A stretch of 64,000 bases of DNA from Escherichia coli (GCF_965641715.1 NZ_OZ282453.1), one strand, 5' to 3'. Positions 44,550 through 54,926 are shown, counted from the stretch's first letter. Program-made: numbers and translations. Notes: generated from the sequence alone by a model not told the origin.

Positions 44550-44568
44550 GTAACGCTCGCAGCGTTAC
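44550..44568. repeat. 19-bp palindrome GTAACGCTCGCAGCGTTAC (copy 3 of 3), just upstream of the ydaU start
   Basis: Same half-sites; lies in the ydaT-ydaU intergenic region. Confidence 0.8.
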
Positions 44569-44613
44569 ATTTAACTGATACCGAACAAAACAGTCCGGCA
44601 CGATTAATTTCAA

Positions 44614-45036
44614 TCAATGCACTACAACAGAATCGCCAGGCGACCCGCCGCCGCTGAAATGTGCTTTACGGTAAACGGCCTGGACTGCATCATCATGCGC
44701 ATCAATTGCCGTACTCAACGCTTCCTGCGCCGCCAGTAATGCACGGCGTTCCAGGGTATCGAAGATGCAGAGTCGGTGACGCAGCTCGCGCGGAAGAATT
44801 GCCAGAACCGCAGGGATCAGTGTCTGAATTTTTTCCCTTTGCGCTTTCGTTTCGCCTTTCAACCAGCGGTGATAGATGTTCTGCTGATTGTTCCAGTCCT
44901 TGCCTGGTACCAGCGGCAATTCGCCGCCCCCCTGGCGCAGATATTCTTCAGTAATTGCATTAGCTACCCACGCCTGCCCTTTTTCGGCTGCCAGGGCTAA
45001 CAACACTGATTCGATGTGCTCATGCCTGATTTTCAT
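44614..45036 (-). CDS. ydaT: YdaT-like protein (Rac toxic early protein)
   Basis: 140 aa MKIRHEHIESVLLALAAEKGQAWVANAITEEYLRQ...; length and position match Rac YdaT. Confidence 0.8.
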   Translation of the reverse strand: MKIRHEHIESVLLALAAEKGQAWVANAITEEYLRQGGGELPLVPGKDWNNQQNIYHRWLKGETKAQREKIQTLIPAVLAILPRELRHRLCIFDTLERRALLAAQEALSTAIDAHDDAVQAVYRKAHFSGGGSPGDSVVVH

Positions 45037-45322
45037 GAATCAACTCCTGTGCATTTTGTGTGTTAGCCTTGCATCCAACAGGTAAACCGTCGGTTGGGTT
45101 CGGGTAGATATCAGGCCGGAGTTCATGAGGTGTAACCTCGAAATTCGTAGCCTCTGCGATACGCAATACCTTTTCAGGGCTTAACTGACTACGTCCAGTA
45201 GCAACGAGGCTAATCATTGATTGCGAACAACCAGCCAGCGCGGCCAAACAAGACTGTCGTACACGATTTTTTTTCAAATATTCATCTAATGTCATAAGGG
45301 TCACCTTAGTAATGCTTACCAA
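45020..45322 (-). CDS. ydaS: Cro-like HTH regulator YdaS
   Basis: About 100 aa HTH protein divergent from racR; start may be the internal Met (MTLDEYLKK...). Confidence 0.75.
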   Translation of the reverse strand: MVSITKVTLMTLDEYLKKNRVRQSCLAALAGCSQSMISLVATGRSQLSPEKVLRIAEATNFEVTPHELRPDIYPNPTDGLPVGCKANTQNAQELIHENQA

Positions 45323-45399
45323 AATATTAACTATATTAATTTAAATGATCAACACCTATATCAGTTTGAGATTATGAGCTGTATTCATAAGATGGTGAT
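45323..45399. promoter_or_regulatory. Divergent promoter/operator region between ydaS and racR
   Basis: AT-rich intergenic segment with palindromic elements (ttaactatattaatttaa) between divergent regulator genes. Confidence 0.55.
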
Positions 45400-45864
45400 A
45401 TGAGAAGAAAACGCGAAGAAATCGCATCGCCGGAAGCTACGCAACGTCTGCGCGCAATCTGGGATGCAAAAAAGAGAGAGCTCAAACTGACTCAGGAGCT
45501 TGCTGCCGAGCTAATGGGTTTTGAGGCGCAATCTGCGGTTAGCCATTATCTCAACGGAAAGGCTCCACTTAATACTGATGCGGCATTAAAATTCGCTGTA
45601 TTACTAAGAGTTAAGCCTGAAGAGTTGAGGCCTGATTTAGCTGATCTGATGAATTACGTCCGTTCCTCAGGAACTTATGACGAAAGTTTCGAAGGCGAAG
45701 GTTGGCGGATGGTTAACAAGCAACAGGCTGATTTACTGGACCTTTTTGATATCCTTCCCGAATCAGAAAAAGCAAAACTAATCGAAAGGCTTAAAGGCCA
45801 GAATGAACTCTACAAAGAAGCGTTTGAAAATATGCTGGCAGCTCAAAAACGCATGAAGAAATAG
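45400..45864 (+). CDS. racR: Prophage repressor RacR-like (XRE-family HTH)
   Basis: 154 aa with HTH (LTQELAAELMGFEAQSAVSHYLNGK); divergent from ydaS/ydaT as in Rac. Confidence 0.8.
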   Translation: MRRKREEIASPEATQRLRAIWDAKKRELKLTQELAAELMGFEAQSAVSHYLNGKAPLNTDAALKFAVLLRVKPEELRPDLADLMNYVRSSGTYDESFEGEGWRMVNKQQADLLDLFDILPESEKAKLIERLKGQNELYKEAFENMLAAQKRMKK

Positions 45865-45883
45865 CTCCCACCACCTCGTAACT

Positions 45884-45909
45884 AAACCGCCATTTTTGGC
45901 GGTTTTTTT
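45884..45909 (+). terminator. Rho-independent terminator after racR
   Basis: Hairpin ccgcc-attttt-ggcgg followed by tttttttg. Confidence 0.7.
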
Positions 45910-46128
45910 GTCCCCTCCGCCCGTCCCCGCCTTACTTTTTATCAAAAAAACACTAAAAATTTCATTAGGATAGTACATTTTTATCAACAAAATGCATATT
46001 TGTGTTGATCATTAATATGAACATAACTAATATTATTACAGAAGCAGCACGGCGCTGTAGGTTTTAGTTCCGCCACCCGGCGTTAAAGGGAGAGATAAAA
46101 TGGTGCTTACGAAGTAGTTCAGTATTTG

Positions 46129-46233
46129 ATGGATTGTTGCGGTATCACTTACAGCCAAGCTGTACAGGCTTTACGCTGCAACGACTGGGATCTCTGGCAG
46201 GCAGAAGCCGCTATACGCAGCAACAAGATGTGA
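46129..46233 (+). CDS. Small protein (34 aa), YdaG-like by position
   Basis: ORF MDCCGITYSQAVQALRCNDWDLWQAEAAIRSNKM; not in the ORF track (short). Confidence 0.35.
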   Translation: MDCCGITYSQAVQALRCNDWDLWQAEAAIRSNKM

Positions 46234-46243
46234 TATTCGAAAA

Positions 46244-46399
46244 ATGCAAAAAATCGACCTCGGCAACAACGAATCTCTGGTATGTGGCGTGTTTCCCAAT
46301 CAGGACGGCACATTCACAGCCATGACGTATACCAAAAGCAAAACGTTTAAAACCGAAGCTGGCGCACGTCGCTGGTTGGCAATACATTCAGGTGAATAA
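46244..46399 (+). CDS. Small protein (51 aa), YdaF-like by position and length
   Basis: ORF MQKIDLGNNESLVCGVFPNQDGTFTAMTYTKSKTFKTEAGARRWLAIHSGE; not in the ORF track (short). Confidence 0.4.
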   Translation: MQKIDLGNNESLVCGVFPNQDGTFTAMTYTKSKTFKTEAGARRWLAIHSGE

Positions 46400-46400
46400 A

Positions 46401-46763
46401 ATGAACGAAACAGAATTAAAACACGTTATCGCTCTGCTTCTGGAGGATGCAAAGCGCCTCCAGCAGCTGGCCCCAAATGCAGGCACTGAAGAGCGAATTA
46501 TTATGGCTAATAAAAGTCTACATTCTGCATATGATACAAATACAAAGCAAACAGATAAAAATATTATTGTTTATGGGCACAGCGTTAACAGAGAATTTGC
46601 TTACTTTGTTCTGGAAAAATATCAACCTACATTTTGCCGGATAATAGAAGAACTAACATTAAAAGGCAAAGATAAAGAGTTTATTGAAAATGCTGTGGCA
46701 ACGGCAAGCGCAGCAGCCGTTGCCAGTATCAAATCAATGATTGCTCTAGCGATTAACCAATAA
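46401..46763 (+). CDS. Hypothetical protein (about 120 aa) at the position occupied by sieB in Rac
   Basis: ORF 46392..46763 with probable ATG at 46401; soluble and AT-rich; not similar to SieB. Confidence 0.5.
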   Translation: MNETELKHVIALLLEDAKRLQQLAPNAGTEERIIMANKSLHSAYDTNTKQTDKNIIVYGHSVNREFAYFVLEKYQPTFCRIIEELTLKGKDKEFIENAVATASAAAVASIKSMIALAINQ

Positions 46764-46920
46764 ACCCAGGGGGGATATCACGCTGAGGTGGGTTAAGAAG
46801 CTCGGTAAACACCGCTCTCAGGCGTTGAACTTCTGAAATAAAATCGGCTTCACTGCAATCCCAGCCTTTGGGGTGCTTAAGTCGCAAATATTCAAAAACT
46901 AACGAATCAATTTCATTCAT
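46753..46920 (-). CDS. Hypothetical small protein (about 55 aa), convergent with the preceding gene
   Basis: C-terminal part of ORF 46753..47124 starting MNEIDSLVFEYLRLKHPKGWDCSEADFISEVQRL...; the N-terminal extension looks spurious. Confidence 0.3.
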   Translation of the reverse strand: MNEIDSLVFEYLRLKHPKGWDCSEADFISEVQRLRAVFTELLNPPQRDIPPGFIG

Positions 46921-47338
46921 ATTGGATAGCACAATTATTCTCCTTACTAGTTGTGTGAGAACTCCAGTATACCACCGAGCCTGAAGTGGTAAAAAGACAG
47001 GCGCACAACACGAAGGCGCATTTCCGGTATCCATAAAGAGTCGGTCTTGTCTGTTAAATTTAAATGGTGGGAGTGCGCCTCCGGTTGTAAATAACAACAC
47101 TGCTGTGTGTAGTCTTGGCGGCATCAGTTTTTTCTTGAAGTTCGGCTGATGTCCGCCCTTTTTAAAGTGAATTTTGGGATGTGGTGAATGCGGCTAAGCG
47201 CACGTGGCACAGTTAAAAGTCATGTTAGTCCTTATTGGTTTGTGTGGGAAAACCGACAGTAATTGTTAACTGGTTGCAGTCACCTGGAGGCACCAGGCAC
47301 CGCATCCACAAATTTCATTTGTAAAAATGGAGATAATT

Positions 47339-47560
47339 ATGATTGCACATCACTTCGGAACTGATGAAATACCACGTCAGTGTGTGACTCCTGGCGATTA
47401 TGTTCTTCATGAAGGCCGAACATATATTGCATCGGCAAACAATATTAAAAAGCGAAAACTTTATATTCGTAATCTGACCACAAAAACATGCATTACTGAC
47501 TGCATGATTAAAGTCTTCCTCGGTCGTGATGGTTTACCCGTAAAGGCGGAGTCATGGTGA
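47339..47560 (+). CDS. kilR: KilR-like cell-division inhibitor
   Basis: 73 aa [42 protein letters not shown]...; length and position match Rac KilR. Confidence 0.7.
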   Translation: MIAHHFGTDEIPRQCVTPGDYVLHEGRTYIASANNIKKRKLYIRNLTTKTCITDCMIKVFLGRDGLPVKAESW

Positions 47561-47730
47561 TGACTAAGAAAATAAAATGTGCTTACCACCTTTGCAATAA
47601 AGAAATTGAAGAAAGCAAAAGTATTAAAAGACCACTTCATTTCATGCGTGGAGTTATCCCAACGACGGAAATGAAAAAATATTGTAGTAAAAGTTGTGCC
47701 GAAAAAGACCAGATGGCATACGAACTTTAA
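47560..47730 (+). CDS. ydaE: YdaE-like small zinc-binding protein (56 aa)
   Basis: [21 protein letters not shown]...KYCSKSCAEKDQMAYEL with CxxxC...CxxxC; start overlaps the kilR stop (TGATG); not in the ORF track. Confidence 0.55.
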   Translation: MTKKIKCAYHLCNKEIEESKSIKRPLHFMRGVIPTTEMKKYCSKSCAEKDQMAYEL

Positions 47731-47803
47731 TTAACTGACTATTCGAAACTGAATTTATGCCAGAAATGGCAGGGATTCACTCAACCGTAAAAAGGAAACA
47801 GCA

Positions 47804-48100
47804 ATGAACATTATTGAATGTGAAATTGAACTTGATGTCATTAACGATTCTCTCGCCGAATTTAAATGCGGGAATACATTACATGGTTTTATTCAGATTT
47901 CCCTGGAAGAAAAAGTTACGGTGATTATTGATGGCGGTTACGTTCTGGGAACATTTGATTGTTATGTATGTGCCGTTAAAGAAGTCGCATTACTCGCAGC
48001 TCGTATTGAAGAGGCCGACAAGAAATACGGTATCAGTTATCAACGACTGAAAGAACTCTCTTATATCGCATCATCAGTGCGTTTCTTTTATGCAATCTGA
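47804..48100 (+). CDS. RacC-like protein
   Basis: 98 aa ORF directly upstream of the recE remnant, as racC is in Rac. Confidence 0.45.
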   Translation: MNIIECEIELDVINDSLAEFKCGNTLHGFIQISLEEKVTVIIDGGYVLGTFDCYVCAVKEVALLAARIEEADKKYGISYQRLKELSYIASSVRFFYAI

Positions 48101-48123
48101 ATCTGCGTTGGGGTTAAAAAACA

Positions 48124-50109
48124 ATGAGCACAAAACCACTCTTCCTGTTACGGAAAGCGAAAAAATTATCCGGTGAACCTGACGTCGTCCTGTGGGCAAG
48201 CGACGATCTTGAATCGACCTGTGCCACTCTGGATTACCTGATCGTTAAGTCAGGTAAAAAACTGAGCAACTATTTTAAAGCTGTTGCTACTAATTTTCCT
48301 GTCGTTAACGACCTGCCCCCAGAAGGGGAGATCGATTTTACGTGGTGTGAACGCTATCAACTCGGCAAGGACTCAGTCACTTGGAAACTAAAACCGGGTG
48401 CAGCACCAGACAACGCTCACTATCAAGGCAATACCAACGTCAACGGCGAAGACATGACTGAGATTGAGGAGAATATGTTACTGCCGGTATCAGGTCAGAT
48501 TCTGCCTGTTCGATGGCTGGCACAGCATGGCAGCGAAAAACCGATCACACACGTTTCGCGGAGCGAACTGCGCGCATTACATAACGCACAGGATGAAAAA
48601 CTTCCCGCCGTTACCGCGCTGGCTATCTCAAATAAAGCAGCACAACTCGAACCGCTGGAAATTCGCGAGCTCCACAAACTGGTTCGTGACACTGACAAAG
48701 TTTTCCCTAATCCTAGTAATTCAGACCTGGGACTGATGACTGCTTTTTTCGAAGCATACCTGGGCGCTGACTACACCGATCGCGGTCTGCTTACAAAAGA
48801 GTGGATGAAGGGGAATCGTGTTTCACGCATCACCCGCACGGCTTCCGGTGCTAATGCTGGCGGCGGGAACCTCACCGATCGCGGCGAAGGTTTCGTCCAC
48901 GATCTGACGTCACTGGCGCGCGACGTAGCCACTGGCGTACTGGCCCGTTCAATGGATCTGGACATCTATAACCTTCATCCGGCACACGCTAAACGCATTG
49001 AGGAAATTATCGCTGAAAATAAACCGCCCTTTTCTGTTTTCCGCGACAAATTCATCACCATGCCTGGCGGGCTGGATTATTCCCGTGCCATCGTGGTTGC
49101 GTCCGTGAAAGAAGCACCAATTGGGATCGATGTCATCCCCGCGCAAGTCACTGAATATCTGAACAAAGTACTGACTGAAACCGATCATGCCAACCCTGAT
49201 CCGGAAATCGTGGATATTGCCTGCGGTCGCTCCTCTGCCCCGATGCTGCAGCGTGTAACAGAAGAAGAAAAACAGGATGATGAAGAAAAACCGCAACCAT
49301 CTTGCGCAATGGCAGATGAACAGGCAATGGCTGAAACAGTGGAACCGGATGCAACTGAACATCATCAGGACACGCAGCCGCTGGATGCTCAGTCACAGGT
49401 AAATGCTGTTGATGCGAAATATCAGAAACTGCGGACAGAACTCCATGAAGCCCGGAAAAACATTCCGTCCAAAAATCCTGTCGATGCAGACAAATTACTG
49501 GCTGCCTCTCGCGGAGAATTTGTTGAAGGGATTAGCGACCCGAATGATCCGAAATGGGTTAAGGGGATCCAGACCCACGATTCTGTGTACCAGAATCAAC
49601 CAGAAACGGAACAGAACGACCGAAAATCGGAACAGAACAGCCCAAATACGCAACAAAACGAGCCAGAAACGAAACAGCCTGAGCCAGTAGTGCAACAACT
49701 GGAAACGGAGAAAGTTTGCACCGCCTGCGGTCAGGCTGGCGGCGGCAACTGTCCTGACTGCGGCGCGGTGATGGGCGACGCAACGTATCAGAAAACCTTT
49801 AATGAAGAAAATCAGAATGAATATCAGGAAAAAGGTCTGGAGGAAATGGAAGGTGCTGAACATCCGCACAAGGAGAACGCTGGCAGCGTTCCGCATCGCG
49901 ATTGCAGTGATGAAACTGGCGAAGCAGCAGCTTCATCATTAGAAAAACTCGACTGGAAAAGACAAGTGGTGATTGCAGCGGTTTACGGTTTATGTGCGAA
50001 TCCTGCGGGTATAGCCTCAGCGCCATTAATTCCGGGTATTGCAATGATGATTGCAAACAAACTTGAAAATTTTGGGGTGACGGATGATGAGTACATGCCC
50101 AATTTTTGA
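48124..50109 (+). CDS. recE: RecE N-terminal region (truncated exonuclease VIII, lacks the C-terminal nuclease domain)
   Basis: 661 aa [46 protein letters not shown]... matches the non-catalytic N-terminal two-thirds of Rac RecE (866 aa); the frame ends where lambda gam begins. Confidence 0.8.
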   Translation: MSTKPLFLLRKAKKLSGEPDVVLWASDDLESTCATLDYLIVKSGKKLSNYFKAVATNFPVVNDLPPEGEIDFTWCERYQLGKDSVTWKLKPGAAPDNAHYQGNTNVNGEDMTEIEENMLLPVSGQILPVRWLAQHGSEKPITHVSRSELRALHNAQDEKLPAVTALAISNKAAQLEPLEIRELHKLVRDTDKVFPNPSNSDLGLMTAFFEAYLGADYTDRGLLTKEWMKGNRVSRITRTASGANAGGGNLTDRGEGFVHDLTSLARDVATGVLARSMDLDIYNLHPAHAKRIEEIIAENKPPFSVFRDKFITMPGGLDYSRAIVVASVKEAPIGIDVIPAQVTEYLNKVLTETDHANPDPEIVDIACGRSSAPMLQRVTEEEKQDDEEKPQPSCAMADEQAMAETVEPDATEHHQDTQPLDAQSQVNAVDAKYQKLRTELHEARKNIPSKNPVDADKLLAASRGEFVEGISDPNDPKWVKGIQTHDSVYQNQPETEQNDRKSEQNSPNTQQNEPETKQPEPVVQQLETEKVCTACGQAGGGNCPDCGAVMGDATYQKTFNEENQNEYQEKGLEEMEGAEHPHKENAGSVPHRDCSDETGEAAASSLEKLDWKRQVVIAAVYGLCANPAGIASAPLIPGIAMMIANKLENFGVTDDEYMPNF

Positions 50110-50383
50110 TCGCATTGAAGAGCAGGCATGGTCACGCCACTACCAGCAAATCGTTCGCGAAGAAAAAGAAACGGCGCTGGCGGACGACCTGGAAAAAGGT
50201 CTGCCCCAGCACCTGTTTGAATCGCTCTGCATCGACCATTTGCAACGCCACGGTGCCAGCAAACAGGCAATCAGTCGCGCATTTGATGACGATGTTGAAT
50301 TTCAGGAACGCGTGGGGGAGCACATCCGGTACATGGTTGAAACCATTGCTCGTCACCAGGTTGATATTGATTCAGAGGTATAA
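50084..50383 (+). CDS. gam: Gam (RecBCD inhibitor), short form
   Basis: 99 aa ...[51 protein letters not shown]... matches lambda Gam. Confidence 0.9.
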   Translation: MMSTCPIFDRIEEQAWSRHYQQIVREEKETALADDLEKGLPQHLFESLCIDHLQRHGASKQAISRAFDDDVEFQERVGEHIRYMVETIARHQVDIDSEV

Positions 50384-50388
50384 AACGA

Positions 50389-51174
50389 ATGAGTACAGCA
50401 CTTGCAACACTGGCCGGGAAGCTGGCTGAACGCGTCGGCATGGATTCTGTCGACCCGCAGGAACTGATCGCCACTCTTCGCCAGACGGCATTTAAAGGTA
50501 ATGCCAGCGATGCGCAATTCATCGCGCTGCTGATCGTCGCCAACCAGTACGGACTTAATCCGTGGACGAAAGAGATTTACGCCTTCCCTGATAAGCAGAA
50601 CGGCATTGTTCCGGTGGTGGGCGTTGATGGCTGGTCCCGCATCATAAATGAAAACCAGCAGTTTGATGGCATGGACTTTGAGCAGGACAATGAATCATGT
50701 ACATGCCGGATTTACCGCAAGGACCGTAATCATCCGATCTGCGTTACCGAGTGGATGGATGAGTGCCGTCGCGAACCATTCAAAACCCGAGAAGGCAAAG
50801 AAATCATCGGACCGTGGCAGTCGCATCCCAAACGGATGTTACGGCATAAAGCCATGATTCAGTGTGCCCGTCTGGCCTTCGGATTTGCTGGTATCTATGA
50901 CAAGGATGAAGCCGAGCGCATTGTCGAAAATACCGCATGCACTGCAGAACATCAGCCGGAACGCGACATCACTCCGGTTAACGATGAAACCATGCAGGAG
51001 ATTAACACTCTGCTGATTGCCCTGGATAAAACATGGGATGACGACTTATTGCCGCTCTGTTCCCAGATATTTCGCCGCGACATTCGTGCATTGTCAGAAC
51101 TGAAACAGGCCGAAGCAGTGAAAGCTCTTGGATTCCTGAAACAGAAAGCCGCAGAGCAGAAGGTGGCAATATGA
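50389..51174 (+). CDS. bet: Bet (Red-beta single-strand annealing protein)
   Basis: 261 aa [37 protein letters not shown]... near-identical to lambda Bet. Confidence 0.97.
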   Translation: MSTALATLAGKLAERVGMDSVDPQELIATLRQTAFKGNASDAQFIALLIVANQYGLNPWTKEIYAFPDKQNGIVPVVGVDGWSRIINENQQFDGMDFEQDNESCTCRIYRKDRNHPICVTEWMDECRREPFKTREGKEIIGPWQSHPKRMLRHKAMIQCARLAFGFAGIYDKDEAERIVENTACTAEHQPERDITPVNDETMQEINTLLIALDKTWDDDLLPLCSQIFRRDIRALSELKQAEAVKALGFLKQKAAEQKVAI

Positions 51175-51851
51175 CACCGGACATTATCCTGCAGCGTACC
51201 GGGATCGACGTGAGAGCTATCGTGCAGGGGGATGATGCGTGGCACAAATTACGGCTCGGCGTCATCACAGCTTCAGAAGTTCACAACGTGATAGCAAAAC
51301 CCCGCTCCGGAAAGAAATGGCCTGACATGAAAATGTCCTACTTCCACACCCTGCTTGCCGAGGTTTGCACCGGTGTGGCTCCGGAAATTAATGCTAAGGC
51401 GCTGGCCTGGGGAAAACAGTACGAGAACGACGCCAGAACCCTGTTTGAATTCACTTCCGGCGTGAATGTTACTGAATCCCCGATCATCTATCGCGACGAA
51501 AGTATGCGCACCGCCTGCTCTCCCGATGGTTTATGCAGTGACGGCAACGGCCTTGAGCTGAAATGCCCGTTTACCTCCCGGGATTTCATGAAGTTCCGGC
51601 TCGGTGGTTTCGAGGCCATAAAATCGGCTTACATGGCCCAGGTGCAGTACAGCATGTGGGTGACGCGAAAAGATGCCTGGTACTTTTCCAACTATGACCC
51701 GCGTATGAAGCGTGAAGGCCTGCACTATGTCGTGGTTGAGCGGGATGAAAAGTACATGGCGAGTTTTGACGAGATGGTGCCGGAGTTCATCGAAAAAATG
51801 GACGAGGCACTGGCTGAAATTGGTTTTGTATTTGGGGAGCAATGGAAATGA
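51171..51851 (+). CDS. exo: Exo (Red-alpha 5'-3' exonuclease)
   Basis: 226 aa [44 protein letters not shown]... near-identical to lambda Exo. Confidence 0.97.
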   Translation: MTPDIILQRTGIDVRAIVQGDDAWHKLRLGVITASEVHNVIAKPRSGKKWPDMKMSYFHTLLAEVCTGVAPEINAKALAWGKQYENDARTLFEFTSGVNVTESPIIYRDESMRTACSPDGLCSDGNGLELKCPFTSRDFMKFRLGGFEAIKSAYMAQVQYSMWVTRKDAWYFSNYDPRMKREGLHYVVVERDEKYMASFDEMVPEFIEKMDEALAEIGFVFGEQWK

Positions 51852-52078
51852 GCGCAGCCATAAAGCTCACAGGAGAAAAACCAGTGCTATACACAAAAGT
51901 CAAACCATGTCCGTTTTGTGGTTGTCCATCAGTAACGGTGAAAGCCATTTCAGGATATTACCGCGCAAAGTGTAACGGATGCGAATCCCGAACTGGCTAT
52001 AGTGGAAGTGAAAAAGAAGCACTCGAAAGATGGAATAAACGAACTACTGGAAATAATAATGGAGGTGTTCATGTATAA
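51842..52078 (+). CDS. lar: Lar/RalR-like restriction alleviation protein
   Basis: Small protein with zinc-finger CPFCGC...CNGC; position between exo and xis as in Rac. Confidence 0.65.
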   Translation: MEMSAAIKLTGEKPVLYTKVKPCPFCGCPSVTVKAISGYYRAKCNGCESRTGYSGSEKEALERWNKRTTGNNNGGVHV

Positions 52079-52259
52079 AATTACCGCCACTATTGAAAAG
52101 GAAGGTGGCACTCCTACTAAATGGACAAGATATTCAAAATCTAAACTAACGAAATCAGAATGCGAAAAAATGCGCTCAGGTAAAAAAGAAGCAGGCGTTT
52201 CCAGAGAGCAGAAAGTAAAACTGATAAATTTTAATTGCGAGAAACGTCAGTCCTCGTGA
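52059..52259 (+). CDS. YdaC-like small protein
   Basis: ORF 52002..52259 with probable internal start ([17 protein letters not shown]...); Rac gene order. Confidence 0.4.
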   Translation: MEVFMYKITATIEKEGGTPTKWTRYSKSKLTKSECEKMRSGKKEAGVSREQKVKLINFNCEKRQSS

Positions 52260-52358
52260 ATTGCATTGTATTCAAATTAAAACTTCATAGCTGATTATTA
52301 ATAATCAACATCGGGCGTCAATTTCAGTCTAACATTGGCGCCTGCCAGAGGTGATGCG

Positions 52359-52574
52359 ATGGCACAAGTAATCTTTAATGAAGAGTGGATGGTTGAATAC
52401 GGCCTGATGCTTCGCACTGGTCTGGGGGCCAGACAAATTGAAGCATACCGCCAGAACTGTTGGGTGGAGGGCTTCCACTTCAAACGAGTATCTCCTTTAG
52501 GTAAGCCAGACAGCAAACGAGGGATTATCTGGTACAACTATCCAAAGATAAATCAGTTTATCAAAGATTCATGA
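52359..52574 (+). CDS. xis: Excisionase-like protein (Rac Xis/YdaQ-like)
   Basis: 71 aa [43 protein letters not shown]... immediately upstream of int. Confidence 0.7.
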   Translation: MAQVIFNEEWMVEYGLMLRTGLGARQIEAYRQNCWVEGFHFKRVSPLGKPDSKRGIIWYNYPKINQFIKDS

Positions 52575-52575
52575 T

Positions 52576-53811
52576 ATGTCTAAATTACCAACAGGTGTCG
52601 AGATTAGAGGTAGATACATTCGCATCTGGTTCATGTTTCGAGGAAAACGATGTCGGGAAACATTAAAAGGCTGGGAGATTACAAACAGTAATATTAAAAA
52701 GGCCGGAAATTTAAGAGCGCTGATAGTTCATGAAATAAACTCCGGTGAATTTGAGTATTTAAGACGTTTTCCCCAGTCCAGCACTGGGGCAAAAATGGTG
52801 ACAACGAGAGTCATAAAAACGTTCGGGGAGCTTTGTGATATCTGGACAAAAATTAAAGAGACAGAGTTAACAACAAACACAATGAAGAAAACGAAATCAC
52901 AATTAAAAACACTCAGAATAATAATTTGTGAAAGTACCCCGATATCACATATTCGTTATAGCGATATCTTAAACTACCGGAATGAACTGCTGCATGGAGA
53001 AACGCTTTACCTGGATAATCCAAGATCCAACAAAAAAGGAAGAACCGTGCGCACAGTTGATAACTATATCGCCCTGCTCTGTTCGCTGTTACGTTTTGCG
53101 TATCAGTCGGGATTTATATCAACCAAACCATTTGAAGGAGTAAAAAAATTACAGCGAAACAGAATAAAGCCTGATCCGTTATCTAAAACAGAATTCAATG
53201 CATTAATGGAAAGTGAAAAAGGACAGAGCCAAAACTTGTGGAAATTTGCCGTTTACTCAGGACTTCGTCACGGGGAACTGGCAGCTCTGGCGTGGGAGGA
53301 TGTGGATCTCGAAAAGGGAATAGTGAATGTCAGAAGAAACCTGACGATACTTGATATGTTCGGTCCCCCAAAAACAAATGCCGGGATCCGGACAGTAACA
53401 CTACTGCAGCCTGCTCTTGAAGCACTGAAGGAGCAATACAAACTGACCGGACATCATCGCAAAAGCGAAATCACCTTTTATCATAGGGAGTACGGCAGAA
53501 CCGAAAAGCAAAAACTGCATTTTGTTTTCATGCCCAGGATGTGTAACGGAAAACAGAAACCTTATTACTCGGTAAGCAGTTTGGGGGCAAGGTGGAATGC
53601 AACAGTAAAACGTGCTGGTATTCGCCGCCGTAATCCGTACCATACGCGGCATACTTTTGCCTGCTGGCTGTTGACGGCAGGAGCGAACCCGGCATTTATA
53701 GCCAGCCAGATGGGGCATGAAACTGCGCAGATGGTGTATGAAATTTACGGTATGTGGATTGATGACATGAACGACGAACAGGTAGCCATGTTGAATGCGC
53801 GGTTATCGTAG
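52576..53811 (+). CDS. int: Tyrosine site-specific integrase (IntR-like)
   Basis: 411 aa; C-terminal catalytic region with HxxR and Tyr (...YHTRHTFACWLL...MGHETAQMVYEIY); adjacent to the att core in ttcA. Confidence 0.93.
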   Translation: MSKLPTGVEIRGRYIRIWFMFRGKRCRETLKGWEITNSNIKKAGNLRALIVHEINSGEFEYLRRFPQSSTGAKMVTTRVIKTFGELCDIWTKIKETELTTNTMKKTKSQLKTLRIIICESTPISHIRYSDILNYRNELLHGETLYLDNPRSNKKGRTVRTVDNYIALLCSLLRFAYQSGFISTKPFEGVKKLQRNRIKPDPLSKTEFNALMESEKGQSQNLWKFAVYSGLRHGELAALAWEDVDLEKGIVNVRRNLTILDMFGPPKTNAGIRTVTLLQPALEALKEQYKLTGHHRKSEITFYHREYGRTEKQKLHFVFMPRMCNGKQKPYYSVSSLGARWNATVKRAGIRRRNPYHTRHTFACWLLTAGANPAFIASQMGHETAQMVYEIYGMWIDDMNDEQVAMLNARLS

Positions 53812-53818
53812 TTGCAAA

Positions 53819-53840
53819 GTTTGCCCCCAATTTGCCCCAT
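53819..53840. repeat. Two TTTGCCCC-type decamers next to the int-proximal att (candidate Int arm-type sites)
   Basis: gtttgccccc aatttgcccc; same motif family as 9068..9120. Confidence 0.5.
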
Positions 53841-53862
53841 TTAGTACCAGAGAACTGAAATA

Positions 53863-54798
53863 ATGCAAGAAAATCAAAAGAATACGAAGAAAGAACAATA
53901 CAATCTGAACAAATTACAAAAACGCCTGCGTCGTAACGTGGGCGAAGCCATTGCTGACTTCAATATGATTGAAGAAGGCGATCGCATCATGGTTTGCCTC
54001 TCCGGGGGTAAAGACAGCTATACCATGCTGGAGATTCTGCGCAATTTGCAGCAAAGCGCGCCAATCAATTTTTCGCTGGTGGCTGTTAACCTCGATCAAA
54101 AGCAACCGGGCTTCCCGGAACACGTTCTGCCCGAGTATCTTGAAAAGCTGGGCGTTGAGTACAAGATTGTTGAAGAGAACACTTACGGTATCGTGAAAGA
54201 GAAGATTCCAGAGGGCAAAACCACTTGCTCACTGTGTTCTCGCCTTCGTCGCGGTATTCTTTATCGTACCGCAACGGAACTGGGGGCGACGAAGATCGCG
54301 CTGGGTCACCATCGTGACGATATCCTGCAGACGCTGTTCTTAAATATGTTCTACGGCGGCAAGATGAAAGGTATGCCTCCGAAACTGATGAGCGATGATG
54401 GCAAACATATCGTTATTCGTCCGCTGGCCTACTGCCGCGAGAAAGATATTCAGCGATTTGCCGATGCAAAAGCGTTCCCGATTATTCCGTGCAACCTGTG
54501 CGGTTCACAGCCTAACCTGCAACGTCAGGTGATTGCTGACATGTTGCGTGACTGGGATAAACGTTATCCAGGGCGTATCGAGACGATGTTCAGCGCGATG
54601 CAGAATGTGGTGCCGTCGCATCTGTGCGATACCAACCTGTTCGATTTCAAAGGCATCACCCACGGTTCTGAAGTGGTTAACGGGGGTGATCTGGCGTTTG
54701 ATCGCGAAGAGATCCCACTACAACCGGCGGGCTGGCAGCCAGAAGAAGATGAAAATCAGTTGGATGAGTTACGGCTGAATGTGGTTGAAGTGAAATAA
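53863..54798 (+). CDS. ttcA: tRNA 2-thiocytidine(32) synthetase
   Basis: 311 aa with PP-loop SGGKDS and CxxC motifs; the first 8 codons are prophage-derived (see att). Confidence 0.96.
   Translation: MQENQKNTKKEQYNLNKLQKRLRRNVGEAIADFNMIEEGDRIMVCLSGGKDSYTMLEILRNLQQSAPINFSLVAVNLDQKQPGFPEHVLPEYLEKLGVEYKIVEENTYGIVKEKIPEGKTTCSLCSRLRRGILYRTATELGATKIALGHHRDDILQTLFLNMFYGGKMKGMPPKLMSDDGKHIVIRPLAYCREKDIQRFADAKAFPIIPCNLCGSQPNLQRQVIADMLRDWDKRYPGRIETMFSAMQNVVPSHLCDTNLFDFKGITHGSEVVNGGDLAFDREEIPLQPAGWQPEEDENQLDELRLNVVEVK
53887..53912. repeat. att core, int-proximal junction (inside the ttcA 5' end)
   Basis: Exact 26-bp repeat of 8941..8966. Confidence 0.85.
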
Positions 54799-54845
54799 CC
54801 AGGATAGCGCCCGATGCGCAAGCGTATCGGGCTACTCTTATGGAG

Positions 54846-54878
54846 GCCGGATAAGACGCGGCCAGCGTCGCATCCGGC
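54846..54878. repeat. REP (repetitive extragenic palindromic) element
   Basis: gccggataagacgcggccagcgtcgcatccggc, the typical E. coli REP palindrome. Confidence 0.75.
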
Positions 54879-54926
54879 AATCCCGAATAAGATGTTTACT
54901 CTTGCACCCGGCAATTCAACATTTCA

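Noticed and set aside
49148-49896. Minus-strand ORFs inside the recE remnant
   Set aside because: Antisense to the RecE-matching frame; low-complexity translations.
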